This document shows positions 49,469 through 59,594 of a DNA stretch of 64,000 nucleotides, piece by piece. A program made the position numbers and the translations under genes. A model generated the notes under the pieces. It saw nothing but the letters and a program-made list of their open reading frames with translations. It was not told where the DNA came from and did not search any database. Every line of letters starts with the position of its first letter. Within the stretch, counting starts at the first letter, position 1. Source of the DNA: a virus; IMG/VR virus record IMGVR_UViG_3300036715_002570, positions 1 to 64,000 of that record; one strand, 5' to 3'.

Positions 49469-49995
49469 GCACTCCAGTCCTAGTCACTCCCGCACCGTCA
49501 ACGACGGTAGTGGTTGGCACTAATGATACGGTGATTCTGCAGACAACTGAGACGCCTGTATCACTGATTGTCAACCCTGAAGTGACATACACAATCGTGA
49601 CAGCTGCCGAGCAAGGCCCGCGTGGTACTGACGGCGTGAGTCCGGGAGCAATAATCTACCCAGCGGCGACGACTTTGTCTGGCCATATGTTTGTGTATGT
49701 TAACACAAGCGGCCAAGTAGATGTCGCTGACGCTACGGTTATTGCTTCTGCGGCATCCGTTGTAGGAATCACGACAGGTGCCGTAGTTGCAGGGGCGCCC
49801 GTCATTCCTCAGTCTTCTGGTGTGATTGTGTTTAACGGCTGGTCATTTACGCCAGGCGCTAATATAGTGCTGGGTACTAATGGCCAGCCTGTACAAACGC
49901 CCGTGCCTGGATCAGCCTTCACTCTCAGCGTTGGGACAGCTTTGTCGGCGACGAAGTTGCTCATTAGTATCCGTTCGCCGATCATAAATACCTAA
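49465..49995 (+). CDS. putative structural protein
   Basis: T/V/A-rich, EQGPRG. Confidence 0.5.
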   Translation: MSTPVLVTPAPSTTVVVGTNDTVILQTTETPVSLIVNPEVTYTIVTAAEQGPRGTDGVSPGAIIYPAATTLSGHMFVYVNTSGQVDVADATVIASAASVVGITTGAVVAGAPVIPQSSGVIVFNGWSFTPGANIVLGTNGQPVQTPVPGSAFTLSVGTALSATKLLISIRSPIINT

Positions 49996-50016
49996 CACGC
50001 CTACAAGGACGACACC

Positions 50017-50619
50017 ATGGGAACCACCTCCACAACGAAGTACATCAAGCAGGTTGCTGGTGTATTGACAGAAGAAGCAGCACTAACAACCAGCGCCGGC
50101 GCTGGTGACGCACAAAAGATTCCAGCTCTGAACGCTTCCGGTGTGCTGGATCCGTCAATCGTTAACGCAACGACCGCAAGCGCTGGTGTAGGTTCGTCGG
50201 GGCAGGTTGCTGCTCTTGATAGTTCTGGCCGCCTTGACATAACGATGATGCCGGTAGGCGTTGTTGCAGAAACAGCGTTGATCACTGCAAGTGAGGCACT
50301 TGCATCAGGTGACTACGTCAACGTGTGGAACAGCTCTGGTGCAAAGGTTCGTAAAGCAGACGCCACGGTTGCTGGCAAGGAAGCAATGGGTTTCGTTCTT
50401 GCATCGGTTGGTAGCGGTTCTCCAGCAACTGTATACTTTGAAGGTACCAACACGGCTGTTTCTGGCCAGACAGCTGGCAATGTGTTCCTGTCAACAACGC
50501 CGGGCCAAGGCACATCAACACCTCCGTCTGGCTCTGGTAACGTTGTTCAACCAATTGGTTTTGCTGTCAGCGCAACAGCCGTCAACTTTAACGCATCCCG
50601 TCCTGTAACGCTGGCCTAA
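50017..50619 (+). CDS. putative decoration/tail protein
   Basis: A/G/S-rich, late motif upstream. Confidence 0.55.
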   Translation: MGTTSTTKYIKQVAGVLTEEAALTTSAGAGDAQKIPALNASGVLDPSIVNATTASAGVGSSGQVAALDSSGRLDITMMPVGVVAETALITASEALASGDYVNVWNSSGAKVRKADATVAGKEAMGFVLASVGSGSPATVYFEGTNTAVSGQTAGNVFLSTTPGQGTSTPPSGSGNVVQPIGFAVSATAVNFNASRPVTLA

Positions 50620-50820
50620 CATGACAACAGCTAAGCCGATCATCGTTGTCAATGGACAACTGCAGGAAATGTCGCCAACGATCCAGATTGATCCTATCAA
50701 TCTGGGTGCCGGCACACCTGACGGCACGAAGTTCTTGCGCGATGATGGTACGTTTGTCACGCCAACGGTGGTTGCGCTACCACCTAGTATTGCACGCACA
50801 TTCATGATGATGGGGGCCTA

Positions 50821-51150
50821 ATGGCTGACGCATTCAAAATTCTAGGCCAAGCAATCCCCGCCGCTACGACGCTGACGGACGTGTATACCGTCACTACTGG
50901 CGCAATGGCAACCGTGTCCACGGTTACGTTCTGTAATCAATCAGCAAACGCAACAACAGTACGCATGGCTGTAGCTGTTGCGGGAGCAGCAAACACACCT
51001 GCACAGTATGTCGTAATGGACGCCTCCGTTCGTGGCAACGACACTCTAACACTAACGATCGGGATGACTCTCGGATCAACTGACGTTCTGCGTGGTTATA
51101 GCGCTAACGGACAAGTGTCAATCAACGTTTTTGGTGTTGAGGTACAATAA
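50821..51150 (+). CDS. putative structural protein
   Basis: Operon context, beta-rich. Confidence 0.5.
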   Translation: MADAFKILGQAIPAATTLTDVYTVTTGAMATVSTVTFCNQSANATTVRMAVAVAGAANTPAQYVVMDASVRGNDTLTLTIGMTLGSTDVLRGYSANGQVSINVFGVEVQ

Positions 51151-52943
51151 TGTCCGCAGGATCAATCCTCAATCTGTCACCAAGTGAAGGCACCACAGGC
51201 CAAGCAGTTCCAGGAGTTGCTCAATTGTTGGGCTACTCCAGCGGCGGTACGTTAACAGGTGTTGCTGTTTCAGCCGGTCTGCCCGTATCACTAAACCAGA
51301 TTTACTACCCCTCAAGCGCCGCCAACAGCAGCACCGTCCAGCTCGCAGCAGGCGCCTCATTCACAGGCTCAATTGAAACGATCCTGAGTCTCCAAGCGGC
51401 GCAGATTGAAATCGTTTGCGATCAACCGTACACTGTAACGATCAACCAGTACATCGATGCTGCAGGAACGAAGCTGTCGAGCACAGACGTGTTCACTATT
51501 GGTGCAGGCGTACCGTTTTCTCAGAACGTAACGCTGCCAGGCAACTACTTTAATTTGGTTGTAACAAACAATGGTGTTGTACCAACGACAACGCTGACGA
51601 TTAACACCACGTTTGGTATCATGGATACGTTGCCGCGTACGCTTACGCTGCTTGGTAATGCTCGCGTCGCTCTGAATGAAGTTGGTGGCACTGCACTGAC
51701 GCTTGGACAAAAGACGTCCGCGGGCTCCATTCCCGTCGTCCTCCCATCGGATCAGGTCGTCATAGTACAAGACACAGACAGCTCCGTTGTGTACTCCGCA
51801 ACGTTGAATGCTATCGGTTACGGTACGTCAATCGACACCTCAGGCGCAGGTGCTGTAACGTTCCAATTTGTCGGCTCCGGCTTCTGGAACATTGGAATTG
51901 AAGGTAGTAACAACAACACCAACTGGGCTCCCGTGTTGATCCAACGCCTGGACAGCAACACTCTGACAGAATATGTTGGTCATGCTGGCAACTTTGCCGT
52001 TAAGACCAGTACGCGCTACCTACGTCTGAACGTTCGCGCGATCGTTGGAACGGCTACAGTCACAGCAGTAGCCCGCAACACTGTGGGGCCAAGCCCGTCA
52101 GACTTGCTAGCTCTTGCTCTTGATTCAGAACACAACGTCCAAATGAACGTCAACTTGGCATCCGGCCTAAAGACGGACGCTGTACAGGCGATGGTTCCGA
52201 GCGACGCCCCACTGCCAATCACGATTCAAGCAGCTGTCAACACGCCGTTCATCATTGACACGCAAGGTTACTCAACATTGCACTTGACCACTGCTGCTCT
52301 TGCAGGTGCACTAACGTGCTCCAACGATAAGGTTACGTGGTCTGCTTTGCAGGCTGTACCAATCGCAATTGCCGCACCAGTGAGTTCGATTGTGGCCAAC
52401 ACTGGTTACGTGATCAACTGCTCGGCACGATACATTCGTATCGTGCCGACGACTGCTGGTACAGCAGTCGGTTACCTGCGCGCCGCCGCTCCTGCCCTAA
52501 CTACGTCAAACATCGCATTCGTTGGTAACTCACTGACCGCGTCGCCAGGCCTTGCCGGCGCATTTGCAGTTGGTGGCGGTACAGCTGCTGGCGCCGCTAC
52601 ATCAATGTACCCGGTTCTTGTAGGTGGTGTTGATACCGGCGCCCTCGTTCGTCGTCTCCTAACAGATACTGCAGGCCGTCTTGCTGTAGCAGCCGATCAG
52701 GTTGGCTCGGGTGTTCGCGCTCCAAGTACACAAACGTCATATTTGAACGGTGCAGCACTAAATATACAGGACACGTCGCAGTTTGAAGGTCAATCATTCG
52801 TAGAACTGCTGGCTCAGATCCTCCTCGAACTGAGGATTATGAACCAGTATATGTATGATCTGCCAGAAACCCTACAGAGCGGTTATGGCTTTACCTCTGA
52901 ACCGCAACACTTCCGTGCTGATACCACGGTATTCAACCTATAA
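51150..52943 (+). CDS. tail fibre/spike-like protein
   Basis: 597 aa, T/G/A/S-rich, in structural operon. Confidence 0.55.
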   Translation: MSAGSILNLSPSEGTTGQAVPGVAQLLGYSSGGTLTGVAVSAGLPVSLNQIYYPSSAANSSTVQLAAGASFTGSIETILSLQAAQIEIVCDQPYTVTINQYIDAAGTKLSSTDVFTIGAGVPFSQNVTLPGNYFNLVVTNNGVVPTTTLTINTTFGIMDTLPRTLTLLGNARVALNEVGGTALTLGQKTSAGSIPVVLPSDQVVIVQDTDSSVVYSATLNAIGYGTSIDTSGAGAVTFQFVGSGFWNIGIEGSNNNTNWAPVLIQRLDSNTLTEYVGHAGNFAVKTSTRYLRLNVRAIVGTATVTAVARNTVGPSPSDLLALALDSEHNVQMNVNLASGLKTDAVQAMVPSDAPLPITIQAAVNTPFIIDTQGYSTLHLTTAALAGALTCSNDKVTWSALQAVPIAIAAPVSSIVANTGYVINCSARYIRIVPTTAGTAVGYLRAAAPALTTSNIAFVGNSLTASPGLAGAFAVGGGTAAGAATSMYPVLVGGVDTGALVRRLLTDTAGRLAVAADQVGSGVRAPSTQTSYLNGAALNIQDTSQFEGQSFVELLAQILLELRIMNQYMYDLPETLQSGYGFTSEPQHFRADTTVFNL

Positions 52944-52958
52944 CCCGGAGAGAAACTC

Positions 52959-53579
52959 ATGCTAGTACAATCACAAGTCGGTCCAGTAACAGCCGTTACT
53001 TCTATTTCAGCAGGTACCCAGCCGCCTCTGCGTGCTGGTCAGATGGGTGACGTTATCGTCTCCGAACTGCACGGCCGTTACTACGAAACCTCATATCGTC
53101 GCGCGCTGTACGCAGCTGCCAACCAGGCTGCCCAGGCAACAACTGTTGCTCTTGCAACAACCTACACTGGCCTCTGCTTGTCAAATCCTGCTGGCTCTAC
53201 AGTCAACTTGGTACTGAATAAAGTTGGCCTCACACTGACTGTTGCTCCTGCCGCCGCCGCTTCGCTTGGCATCATGACTGGTTACAACAGCACAACCAAC
53301 GTGACCCACACCACGCCTGTGACACCTCGTTCACAGTTCTTCGGTGCTGGTGCCGCTGGTATCGGGTTGGTTGATGCTGCCGCCACTCTACCAACCGCTC
53401 CCGTGGTCAACACGATGCTGATGGGTGGTTTCACAGCTGCCGCTCTGCCAAGCACTTCCCCAGCTCTAATCGACTTGGAAGGCTCGATCATTCTGCCTCC
53501 GGGCGCCTACGCTGCGATCTACACACTGACGGCCGTTACTGGTATGTTCAGCTTCCAGTGGGAAGAAGTTCCAATCTAA
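52959..53579 (+). CDS. putative structural protein
   Basis: Operon context. Confidence 0.5.
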   Translation: MLVQSQVGPVTAVTSISAGTQPPLRAGQMGDVIVSELHGRYYETSYRRALYAAANQAAQATTVALATTYTGLCLSNPAGSTVNLVLNKVGLTLTVAPAAAASLGIMTGYNSTTNVTHTTPVTPRSQFFGAGAAGIGLVDAAATLPTAPVVNTMLMGGFTAAALPSTSPALIDLEGSIILPPGAYAAIYTLTAVTGMFSFQWEEVPI

Positions 53580-53598
53580 TCGTACGTTGGTTAGACGA

Positions 53599-53626
53599 AG
53601 AAAAAGGGCCATATGGCCCTTTTTCT
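53599..53626. terminator. bidirectional terminator
   Basis: AGAAAAAGGGCC-ATAT-GGCCCTTTTTCT between convergent units. Confidence 0.8.
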
Positions 53627-53887
53627 GTTTATATCATCGCCCACAGTTTCATCCCGTTGTCTATCATCGCTTCTTGGATCTCGTTCAGATCTTTTCCTTG
53701 GTCAGCACAGGACATGGTTTGGGCGATTACCCAGATGCACGCTGCCGTCGATATCAAGCATCCGGTCTTCACGAACCTTAACTTTGATGTAGAACCCATC
53801 ATCTTTGCACCGTTGCAGAGCCATCTTTTTTGTATTGATCGAATGGGATTTCTGGCTCCAGGTTGGCTAGTTTAATTTTGTGGAGTT

Positions 53888-54514
53888 TCATAGTCGCGCC
53901 TGCGCTTTCATCCCTGCATCCAGTAGTTCTTCTTGGAATTGATTGATGTCATGGTGTGAGACGTCAAAGTTGATGTTGCGTTTTGACCGCACAATGTGTA
54001 CTGATGAAATTCCTGGGATTAGTGCTAGCCCAAGGATGTTGGTCATATTAGGAGACAAGTATACTCCCTCCTTGACTACGAGGGCCTTGTGCGTCTTGTG
54101 AATGCCAGACAATGACTGGATATTCTCTAGGTACATCAGATTCAGGAACCTCCCAATCTTCGTTGGCATGTGCTCCAACGAAGTCAGCTTAGGATTATAC
54201 TTGATGGATAGCATGCCGCCAACTTGTGAAGGTGCAAATGCCAAAGTCGTCAGCTGACGACTCATAGACATGTCACCACCAACCACAGATGGAGCTCCCC
54301 TCAACGTTGTCAGATAAGAGCAGTAGAAGTTACCTGTCACAATGCCAAATTGCACAGGTAACACACTTTCGTCGTAGCTGATACTACCATTAACGTGAAC
54401 AATCCCGTCCTTATCAGCGTTCCATTGACCGGCAATGTTGAACCGATCCATCACTCTATCGAGGTCCCCAGGGAACGTTGCAGACGTTGAATCAAGAATT
54501 TCGGTTAAGCGCAT
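53888..54514 (-). CDS. LRR-like repeat protein, paralog of the 20118-21113 C-terminal domain
   Basis: LPVQFGIVTGNF, QEELLDAG. Confidence 0.6.
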   Translation of the reverse strand: MRLTEILDSTSATFPGDLDRVMDRFNIAGQWNADKDGIVHVNGSISYDESVLPVQFGIVTGNFYCSYLTTLRGAPSVVGGDMSMSRQLTTLAFAPSQVGGMLSIKYNPKLTSLEHMPTKIGRFLNLMYLENIQSLSGIHKTHKALVVKEGVYLSPNMTNILGLALIPGISSVHIVRSKRNINFDVSHHDINQFQEELLDAGMKAQARL

Positions 54515-54677
54515 AGCAATCCTTCTTTCAAGTTATTTATCTGACCCCGTTGACTCAATAGGCTAAGTGACGGATAGTCAACGAACTGATTTCAACATCG
54601 CGATTGCAACTTTTCTTGCAGTTGCCATAAATACCCATACAGACAATCACGTCTACCAAATACAAGAGTTACACGAA

Positions 54678-54758
54678 ATGTTCACCACAACTGTTATCAC
54701 CGTCAAGGTCGTGACAAATGCGATTAAAAATTCGCAGGGGACTCTTCGTACCAATTAA
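54678..54758 (+). CDS. attenuator leader peptide 2 (26 aa)
   Basis: MFTTTVITVKVVTNAIKNSQGTLRTN. Confidence 0.8.
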   Translation: MFTTTVITVKVVTNAIKNSQGTLRTN

Positions 54759-54776
54759 GCATCTGCTAATTAACAC

Positions 54777-54814
54777 AAGAGCCCCGCAGAACTAGTTTCT
54801 CCGGGGCTTTTTTG
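54777..54814 (+). terminator. attenuator terminator 2
   Basis: AAGAGCCCCG...CGGGGCTTTTTT. Confidence 0.85.
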
Positions 54815-54889
54815 TTAGTTTGTCGAAATTGAAACCAGCTCGATTCCGCGCGTCAACATGCGAACCGCGGCAGCATTTCAACCAGATAC

Positions 54890-54905
54890 TGTTCTTTTAC
54901 AATTT
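54890..54905 (+). promoter_or_regulatory. rrn-type boxA
   Basis: TGTTCTTTTACAATTT. Confidence 0.65.
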
Positions 54906-54916
54906 GCGCACGTTTT

Positions 54917-54989
54917 GGGCTTGAAGCTTTAAGGTGAAGCAGCGGACTTTTAATCCGCAGAAGAGGGGTCAGTACCCTCCAGGCCTACA
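54917..54989 (+). tRNA. tRNA-Lys(TTT)
   Basis: GCGGA-CTTTTAA-TCCGC. Confidence 0.85.
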
Positions 54990-55003
54990 AATGTGTCTAT
55001 TGC

Positions 55004-55091
55004 TCCGTCCGGGCTGGCTTGGTGAAGGCCTCTGACTGTTAATCAGAAGGATGCAGAAAATGCATGCGAGGATCGTAACCTCGGGACGGAG
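55004..55091 (+). tRNA. tRNA-Asn(GTT) with long variable arm
   Basis: TCTGA-CTGTTAA-TCAGA, ATGCA/TGCAT arm, G73. Confidence 0.8.
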
Positions 55092-55110
55092 CAATAGACA
55101 CTTAGACAAT

Positions 55111-55186
55111 TCCTCTTTAGCTCAGTTGGTAGAGCGTTGCACTGTTAATGCAAATGTCGTTGGTTCGAACCCAGCAAGAGGAGCCA
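55111..55186 (+). tRNA. tRNA-Asn(GTT)
   Basis: Canonical, CCA. Confidence 0.95.
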
Positions 55187-55191
55187 AATTT

Positions 55192-55265
55192 GGGATGCAA
55201 GCTTTAAGGTGAAGCAACTGGCTCTTACCCAGTAGAACTCGGTTCAATACCGTGGCGTCCTACCA
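55192..55265 (+). tRNA. tRNA-Lys(CTT)
   Basis: ACTGG-CTCTTAC-CCAGT, CCA. Confidence 0.8.
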
Positions 55266-55267
55266 CT

Positions 55268-55340
55268 CTTCCGTTGGTGTAATTGGCAACACAGCTGGCT
55301 TTTACGCAGTCGTTCTCGAATCGTTGCCGAGGCGGAGGAC
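55268..55340 (+). tRNA. tRNA-Lys(TTT)-like, degenerate
   Basis: CTTTTAC loop, atypical T arm. Confidence 0.5.
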
Positions 55341-55629
55341 TTAGACGATTATAGAACAACATAATATCTGGAGACGAAATAGATGATTGGTGTCACGACC
55401 CTCTCGCGTGAAGAACGCGTTAAGCTGAAGAAGGCGCTCGAACGAATCGAGGAAGAAGCAACGAAGACGTACGCGATCACACTAAAGATCGTCGTCAAGG
55501 AAACTCGCAGTGACGACCTTGCAGAACCGGGAAGTGCAGTTGACAGCATTGTTGACGTGCTGCTACCTGGCTCTGAAAGGCTGGTCGTCCTCAACCTGAC
55601 GTTCCCTGACGAAGAATAACAGGACAAAT

Positions 55630-55703
55630 TACCGCGTAGCTCAGAAGTAGAGCAACACTCTTACAAAGTGAAGGTCGAGATTGCAAAATTCTCCGTGGCA
55701 ACA
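55630..55703 (+). tRNA. tRNA-Val(TAC), atypical
   Basis: CACT-CTTACAA-AGTG. Confidence 0.65.
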
Positions 55704-55707
55704 AAAT

Positions 55708-55783
55708 GGTCGCGTAGCTCAATTGGTAGAGCGTTCTCTTGATAGGGGGAATGGTTGTAGGTTCAACTCCTACCGTGGCCACA
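55708..55783 (+). tRNA. tRNA-Ile(GAT)
   Basis: Cloverleaf. Confidence 0.8.
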
Positions 55784-55788
55784 AATAT

Positions 55789-55862
55789 ACCCGCGTAATT
55801 CAGTGGTAGAATGCACGCTTGATAGGCGTGAGGTCGTAGGTTCAAGTCCTACCGTGGGTACA
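55789..55862 (+). tRNA. tRNA-Ile(GAT)
   Basis: CACGC-TTGATAG-GCGTG. Confidence 0.9.
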
Positions 55863-55923
55863 ATGTTTAGGATACGGTACTATACCATATCGACTCATAA
55901 ATAACTTCAGCACAGGAGTTAGC

Positions 55924-56562
55924 ATGCAGTCTATGGAAATTATTCGTCAGGTGGAGATTGAGCGGCTTATTGAGGCATATGCTGAAACAGGGTCAATCGC
56001 AGGTGTGGGTCGAGTGATGGGAATATCTGTTAAGGCTCCATGTGTTCGCAAGCTAATAAAGCAGCGCCTGGCAGCAGCAAGCCCATCATTAATGAAGGAG
56101 CATTCCGCCCGCGGATCGTATAGCATTGAGCAAATAAGAGCTGCAGTAGCGAAATCGATCTGTATGTCAGAAGTGTTGCGAGAAATTGGATTAAGTACAC
56201 ATGGGTCTTGCGCTAATGTAATCAAGCGAATCATGAAAGAACACAACATTCTTTCAGATCACTTTGATCCTGCTTTGGCGCTTCGTAAAGGTAACGCTCG
56301 TAGATGGTCACCAGACGAAGTGTTTATCGAGCACAGCCCAATCCCACGGGCCACTCTGCACACGCATGTTAAACGGCATAACGTAATTGGGACACCGGTG
56401 TGCAGTGAATGTGGAGTTGCAACTACTTACAATCGTAAGCCGATTTCTCTGACCGTTGACCATATAAACGGCGTTAGTGATGATAATCGAATAGAAAATC
56501 TAAGGTGGCTATGTCCAAATTGTCATTCACAGACGAGTACGTATTGTGGGAAGAACAAGTGA
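55924..56562 (+). CDS. HNH endonuclease (paralog of 35582-36223)
   Basis: VDHING.SDDNRIENLRWLCPNCH. Confidence 0.85.
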   Translation: MQSMEIIRQVEIERLIEAYAETGSIAGVGRVMGISVKAPCVRKLIKQRLAAASPSLMKEHSARGSYSIEQIRAAVAKSICMSEVLREIGLSTHGSCANVIKRIMKEHNILSDHFDPALALRKGNARRWSPDEVFIEHSPIPRATLHTHVKRHNVIGTPVCSECGVATTYNRKPISLTVDHINGVSDDNRIENLRWLCPNCHSQTSTYCGKNK

Positions 56563-56590
56563 CGGTGTTTCTTGCAGAGAAGTAAAGAAC

Positions 56591-56665
56591 GGGCCTCTAG
56601 TATAGGGGATATTATGCCGTGCTTGCACCGCAGAGACCTAGGGTTCGATTCCCTTCTCTCCTACA
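56591..56665 (+). tRNA. tRNA-Ala(TGC), degenerate
   Basis: CTTGCAC loop and T arm; broken acceptor. Confidence 0.45.
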
Positions 56666-57110
56666 AATAAAAAAGACATGCACACGATGCAAGCAAGAAA
56701 AGCTTCTACAAGACTTCACACGAGACTCATCCCAAAAAGAAGGACATTATTCTGCTTGTAAATTGTGCAAGCGTTTCACAGCCAGGATTCGTCATAAAGG
56801 TGATAATGTGGCGCAGGCGCGAAACAAGCTAAGAGTACAGCAAACATCGCAGATGATTCGTGATAAAAAGTCTTCAGGATGCATTGTATGTGGTGAGCTT
56901 GAGCCAGTCTGCTTAGATTTACACCACACGGATCCAAGTAAGAAAGACGTTGATCCAAACAAGCTGTGGAACCGTGTGTGGGATAAGTTCATGCAGGAGG
57001 CACAAAAGTGTATTGTCGTGTGTAGTAACTGTCACAAAAAGATTCATGCAGGGATGATCGTCAGCCAGTGTGACGGGACTGCAACAATGTTAAGAGCTGA
57101 TCAAGTGTAA
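56619..57110 (+). CDS. HNH endonuclease (paralog of 8722-9180; start uncertain)
   Basis: CTRC, LDLHH, CSNCH..IH. Confidence 0.75.
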   Translation: MLAPQRPRVRFPSLLQIKKTCTRCKQEKLLQDFTRDSSQKEGHYSACKLCKRFTARIRHKGDNVAQARNKLRVQQTSQMIRDKKSSGCIVCGELEPVCLDLHHTDPSKKDVDPNKLWNRVWDKFMQEAQKCIVVCSNCHKKIHAGMIVSQCDGTATMLRADQV

Positions 57111-57169
57111 GTGGTGACACGCCTCTCTCGTAAGGAGGAGAACGGAGTTCAATTCTCCGGATCAGCACA
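57096..57169 (+). tRNA. tRNA-Thr(CGT)
   Basis: Cloverleaf. Confidence 0.85.
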
Positions 57170-57173
57170 AATT

Positions 57174-57246
57174 GCCCCTATAGTTAAATGGTATAACAGG
57201 ACCTTTGTAACGTTCAGTCCACAGTTCGATTCTGTGTAGGGGCACA
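57174..57246 (+). tRNA. tRNA-Thr(TGT)
   Basis: Cloverleaf. Confidence 0.8.
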
Positions 57247-58080
57247 CACTGCAAACAATGGAGGATGCTATGACACAGCTAAACGCAGAACCAATGGAGT
57301 ACCGCGCAAGTCGGTAAACGGAGTTTCAAACAAGTTCAAACAAGTTCAAACGAATGTCTGAACTTTACAGGCACTTTTCCAAAGACTGGGAGCATGTACT
57401 TGATTACTCTGATCAAGCACTACTCGACTTGTACAACCAAGAATCATACGGTGGCCGCGTAGAGTCCAACAACGGATTCGCTGTCGGTAAGAAATGGTTG
57501 AACGTCTACGTAACAGCATGGAAACAATCGATCAGAGAAGGTACTCTGTTCGTCCATGAACTGTACGAAGACCCAGGTTTCCCACATTGGTGGCTAGATA
57601 GCGTACTGAAGGGTGTGTACGACAATCTAGACGTCTGGTGGCAAGACTACAGCAAGACGAAAGTACATCATGATCTCACAAGCGCTTCATAGCAAGTTTC
57701 TAACAAACACAGACGATACGGGCCGATTTGTTGTGTATTCACAGCGAACCGGTCGTCGGTACTACGTTGAGCCGATCGAAACACAACACACCCCCAAGTG
57801 GGGTTCAGTTGATCCAGCAACGGGTGAACTGATGCACAAGAAAGGCGATGGCAAGTACCGTGGCGGTGTCTCTCCAAAGGAGAGCCTGGTCACAGCTGAA
57901 AACGGGTTCAGCATCATTCATGAGCTTGGTATTGGCGTGAGCCCACACCATGCAATCGATGTGATTGATGCTAAGTATCCAGACAAAGCATAACAGGCCA
58001 ATGTACAAACAGTGTCCCGGGTTCATTGTTATGCTGTAGTAGGGTTTCCTCACTTTGTCCCACCTATACAAAGTGATACG

Positions 58081-58155
58081 GGGGCGGGGTGTTTACCGGA
58101 TAGCATATTACCCTTGCAAGGTTTTGGATCGAGTTCGAGTCTCGACGCCTCCACA
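58081..58155 (+). tRNA. tRNA-Ala(TGC)
   Basis: GGGGCG/CGCCTCC-type acceptor, CTTGCAA loop. Confidence 0.7.
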
Positions 58156-58448
58156 AACGCTGTTGATTTACCCTGTTGTAATCGAGAAGATTATGTCACA
58201 AATGGGAATAGTCAGGGGCGAGAAATGGAAAAAGCACTCGTGGTATTCGGTTGCACGATAGTTGGCGGTGGTGCTGGCTATCTAGTCAGCCCCGATGGAA
58301 CTGCCGTGACAATCGGAAGTGCAGTCGGTTTTCTGATTGGCTGCATGTTGGTCAGTGGCAGCGGCGGCGACGGCGGAAGTGCAGCGATCGTTGACCTGAT
58401 TGACGACCTCACTGACGGCTTCGCAACCAGTCACCACTGACAATTTTT

Positions 58449-58512
58449 GGGGATTAGTACAGCTGGAAAAACGCTAGCCTTGCACGCTTGAGTCAGGAGT
58501 TCGATCCTCCAC
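58449..58512 (+). pseudogene. tRNA-Ala(TGC), 3' truncated
   Basis: 5' half and T arm present; 3' acceptor strand missing. Confidence 0.55.
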
Positions 58513-58541
58513 CAGCTAGAAGTCAAACAAAGACAAATAAT

Positions 58542-58615
58542 AGCTCCATAGCTCAATGGTAGAGCACTGCGTTGACATCGCAGATACGAAGGTTCGATTC
58601 CTTCTGGAGCTACCA
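58542..58615 (+). tRNA. tRNA-Val(GAC)
   Basis: Cloverleaf, CCA. Confidence 0.9.
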
Positions 58616-59141
58616 ATTAAAGGAACATGATGATTTACGTCGCAGCACCACACAGCGACCCTGATCTTGCGATCAAGGACGCTAGGGTGCGCGAGTTCTA
58701 CGAGTTTGAGACCACCAAATATAGTCAGATGCCTGATGATTGGGTCTACTGGCAACAGTACAGTGAGCAAATGCTGAGCAAGTGTGACGGGATGGTCTTG
58801 CTGCTGCTAGAAGGCTGGGATAAGTCGACGGGCGTCCTCGCAGAACTCCGTACTGCCGAGACAACGGAATCCCATCCTCGTGACGGATGTCCGCTGGAAG
58901 CAGTTGTACGTTCCCGGACAGGGAATCGAATCATTCGTCATCAAACTGATAACCACTAAATAAGTGGTCCAGTTAAGGGAGCCCTTATGCGTCTGCAAGA
59001 CCTTTCATTCATCACAGAACAACAACTCCGTGAGCAAGCTGTTGCCCAACAGGCTCATGCTTTGCTAGAATCTGCAACTCCTGAGGAACTGATTTTGTCG
59101 GAACCTCGCAGCGCAGAAGACGTAATTGCGGAGTTGTACAA

Positions 59142-59495
59142 GTGATCGAAGTTCGCACGTGCATCTTGTTTCGTAAAACCTCGGTACAGCACTCACGTGA
59201 TCCGCGAGTGCGCGACAAGATCGTAGACTTCATCCGATTCAAGTCAGAGCACCCCCTTGAGTTGTATGGCTCGAAGGATCGTGCGTTTGCTAATGAAGGC
59301 AACTTGCGTGGTTTCATCCACGCAGGCCTAACGTTTGACGTTTCGATCGTGTACAAGATTGGGATGGTCGGTGGTAAGCGGACGTTGGATCTGTACGGCG
59401 TGTTCTCCCACGACGAGCTTGGTACAGGCCAGCCTCGTAACATCAATCGTCAACGTTCTGCTGGTGAAAAGCTGCGGAACCAAGAGATGGAGTAA
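59142..59495 (+). CDS. RelE/YafQ-like protein
   Basis: D..F..G.LRGF.HA.L..D.SIVY...HDEL pattern. Confidence 0.55.
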   Translation: MIEVRTCILFRKTSVQHSRDPRVRDKIVDFIRFKSEHPLELYGSKDRAFANEGNLRGFIHAGLTFDVSIVYKIGMVGGKRTLDLYGVFSHDELGTGQPRNINRQRSAGEKLRNQEME

Positions 59496-59510
59496 CGCTC
59501 CATCTTTCAT

Positions 59511-59583
59511 GCTCTGTTAGTATAGTGGGATAATAACTCCTTGGTACGGAGTAGACACAGGTTCAATTCCTGTACAGAGCACA
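59511..59583 (+). tRNA. tRNA-Thr(GGT)
   Basis: ACTCC-TTGGTAC-GGAGT. Confidence 0.9.
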
Positions 59584-59594
59584 AAACATCGCCT

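Noticed and set aside
54567-54677. Longer 63-aa version of leader 2 from the ORF track
   Set aside because: Upstream part overlaps promoter-like sequences; ATG at 54678 directly precedes the biased codon run.
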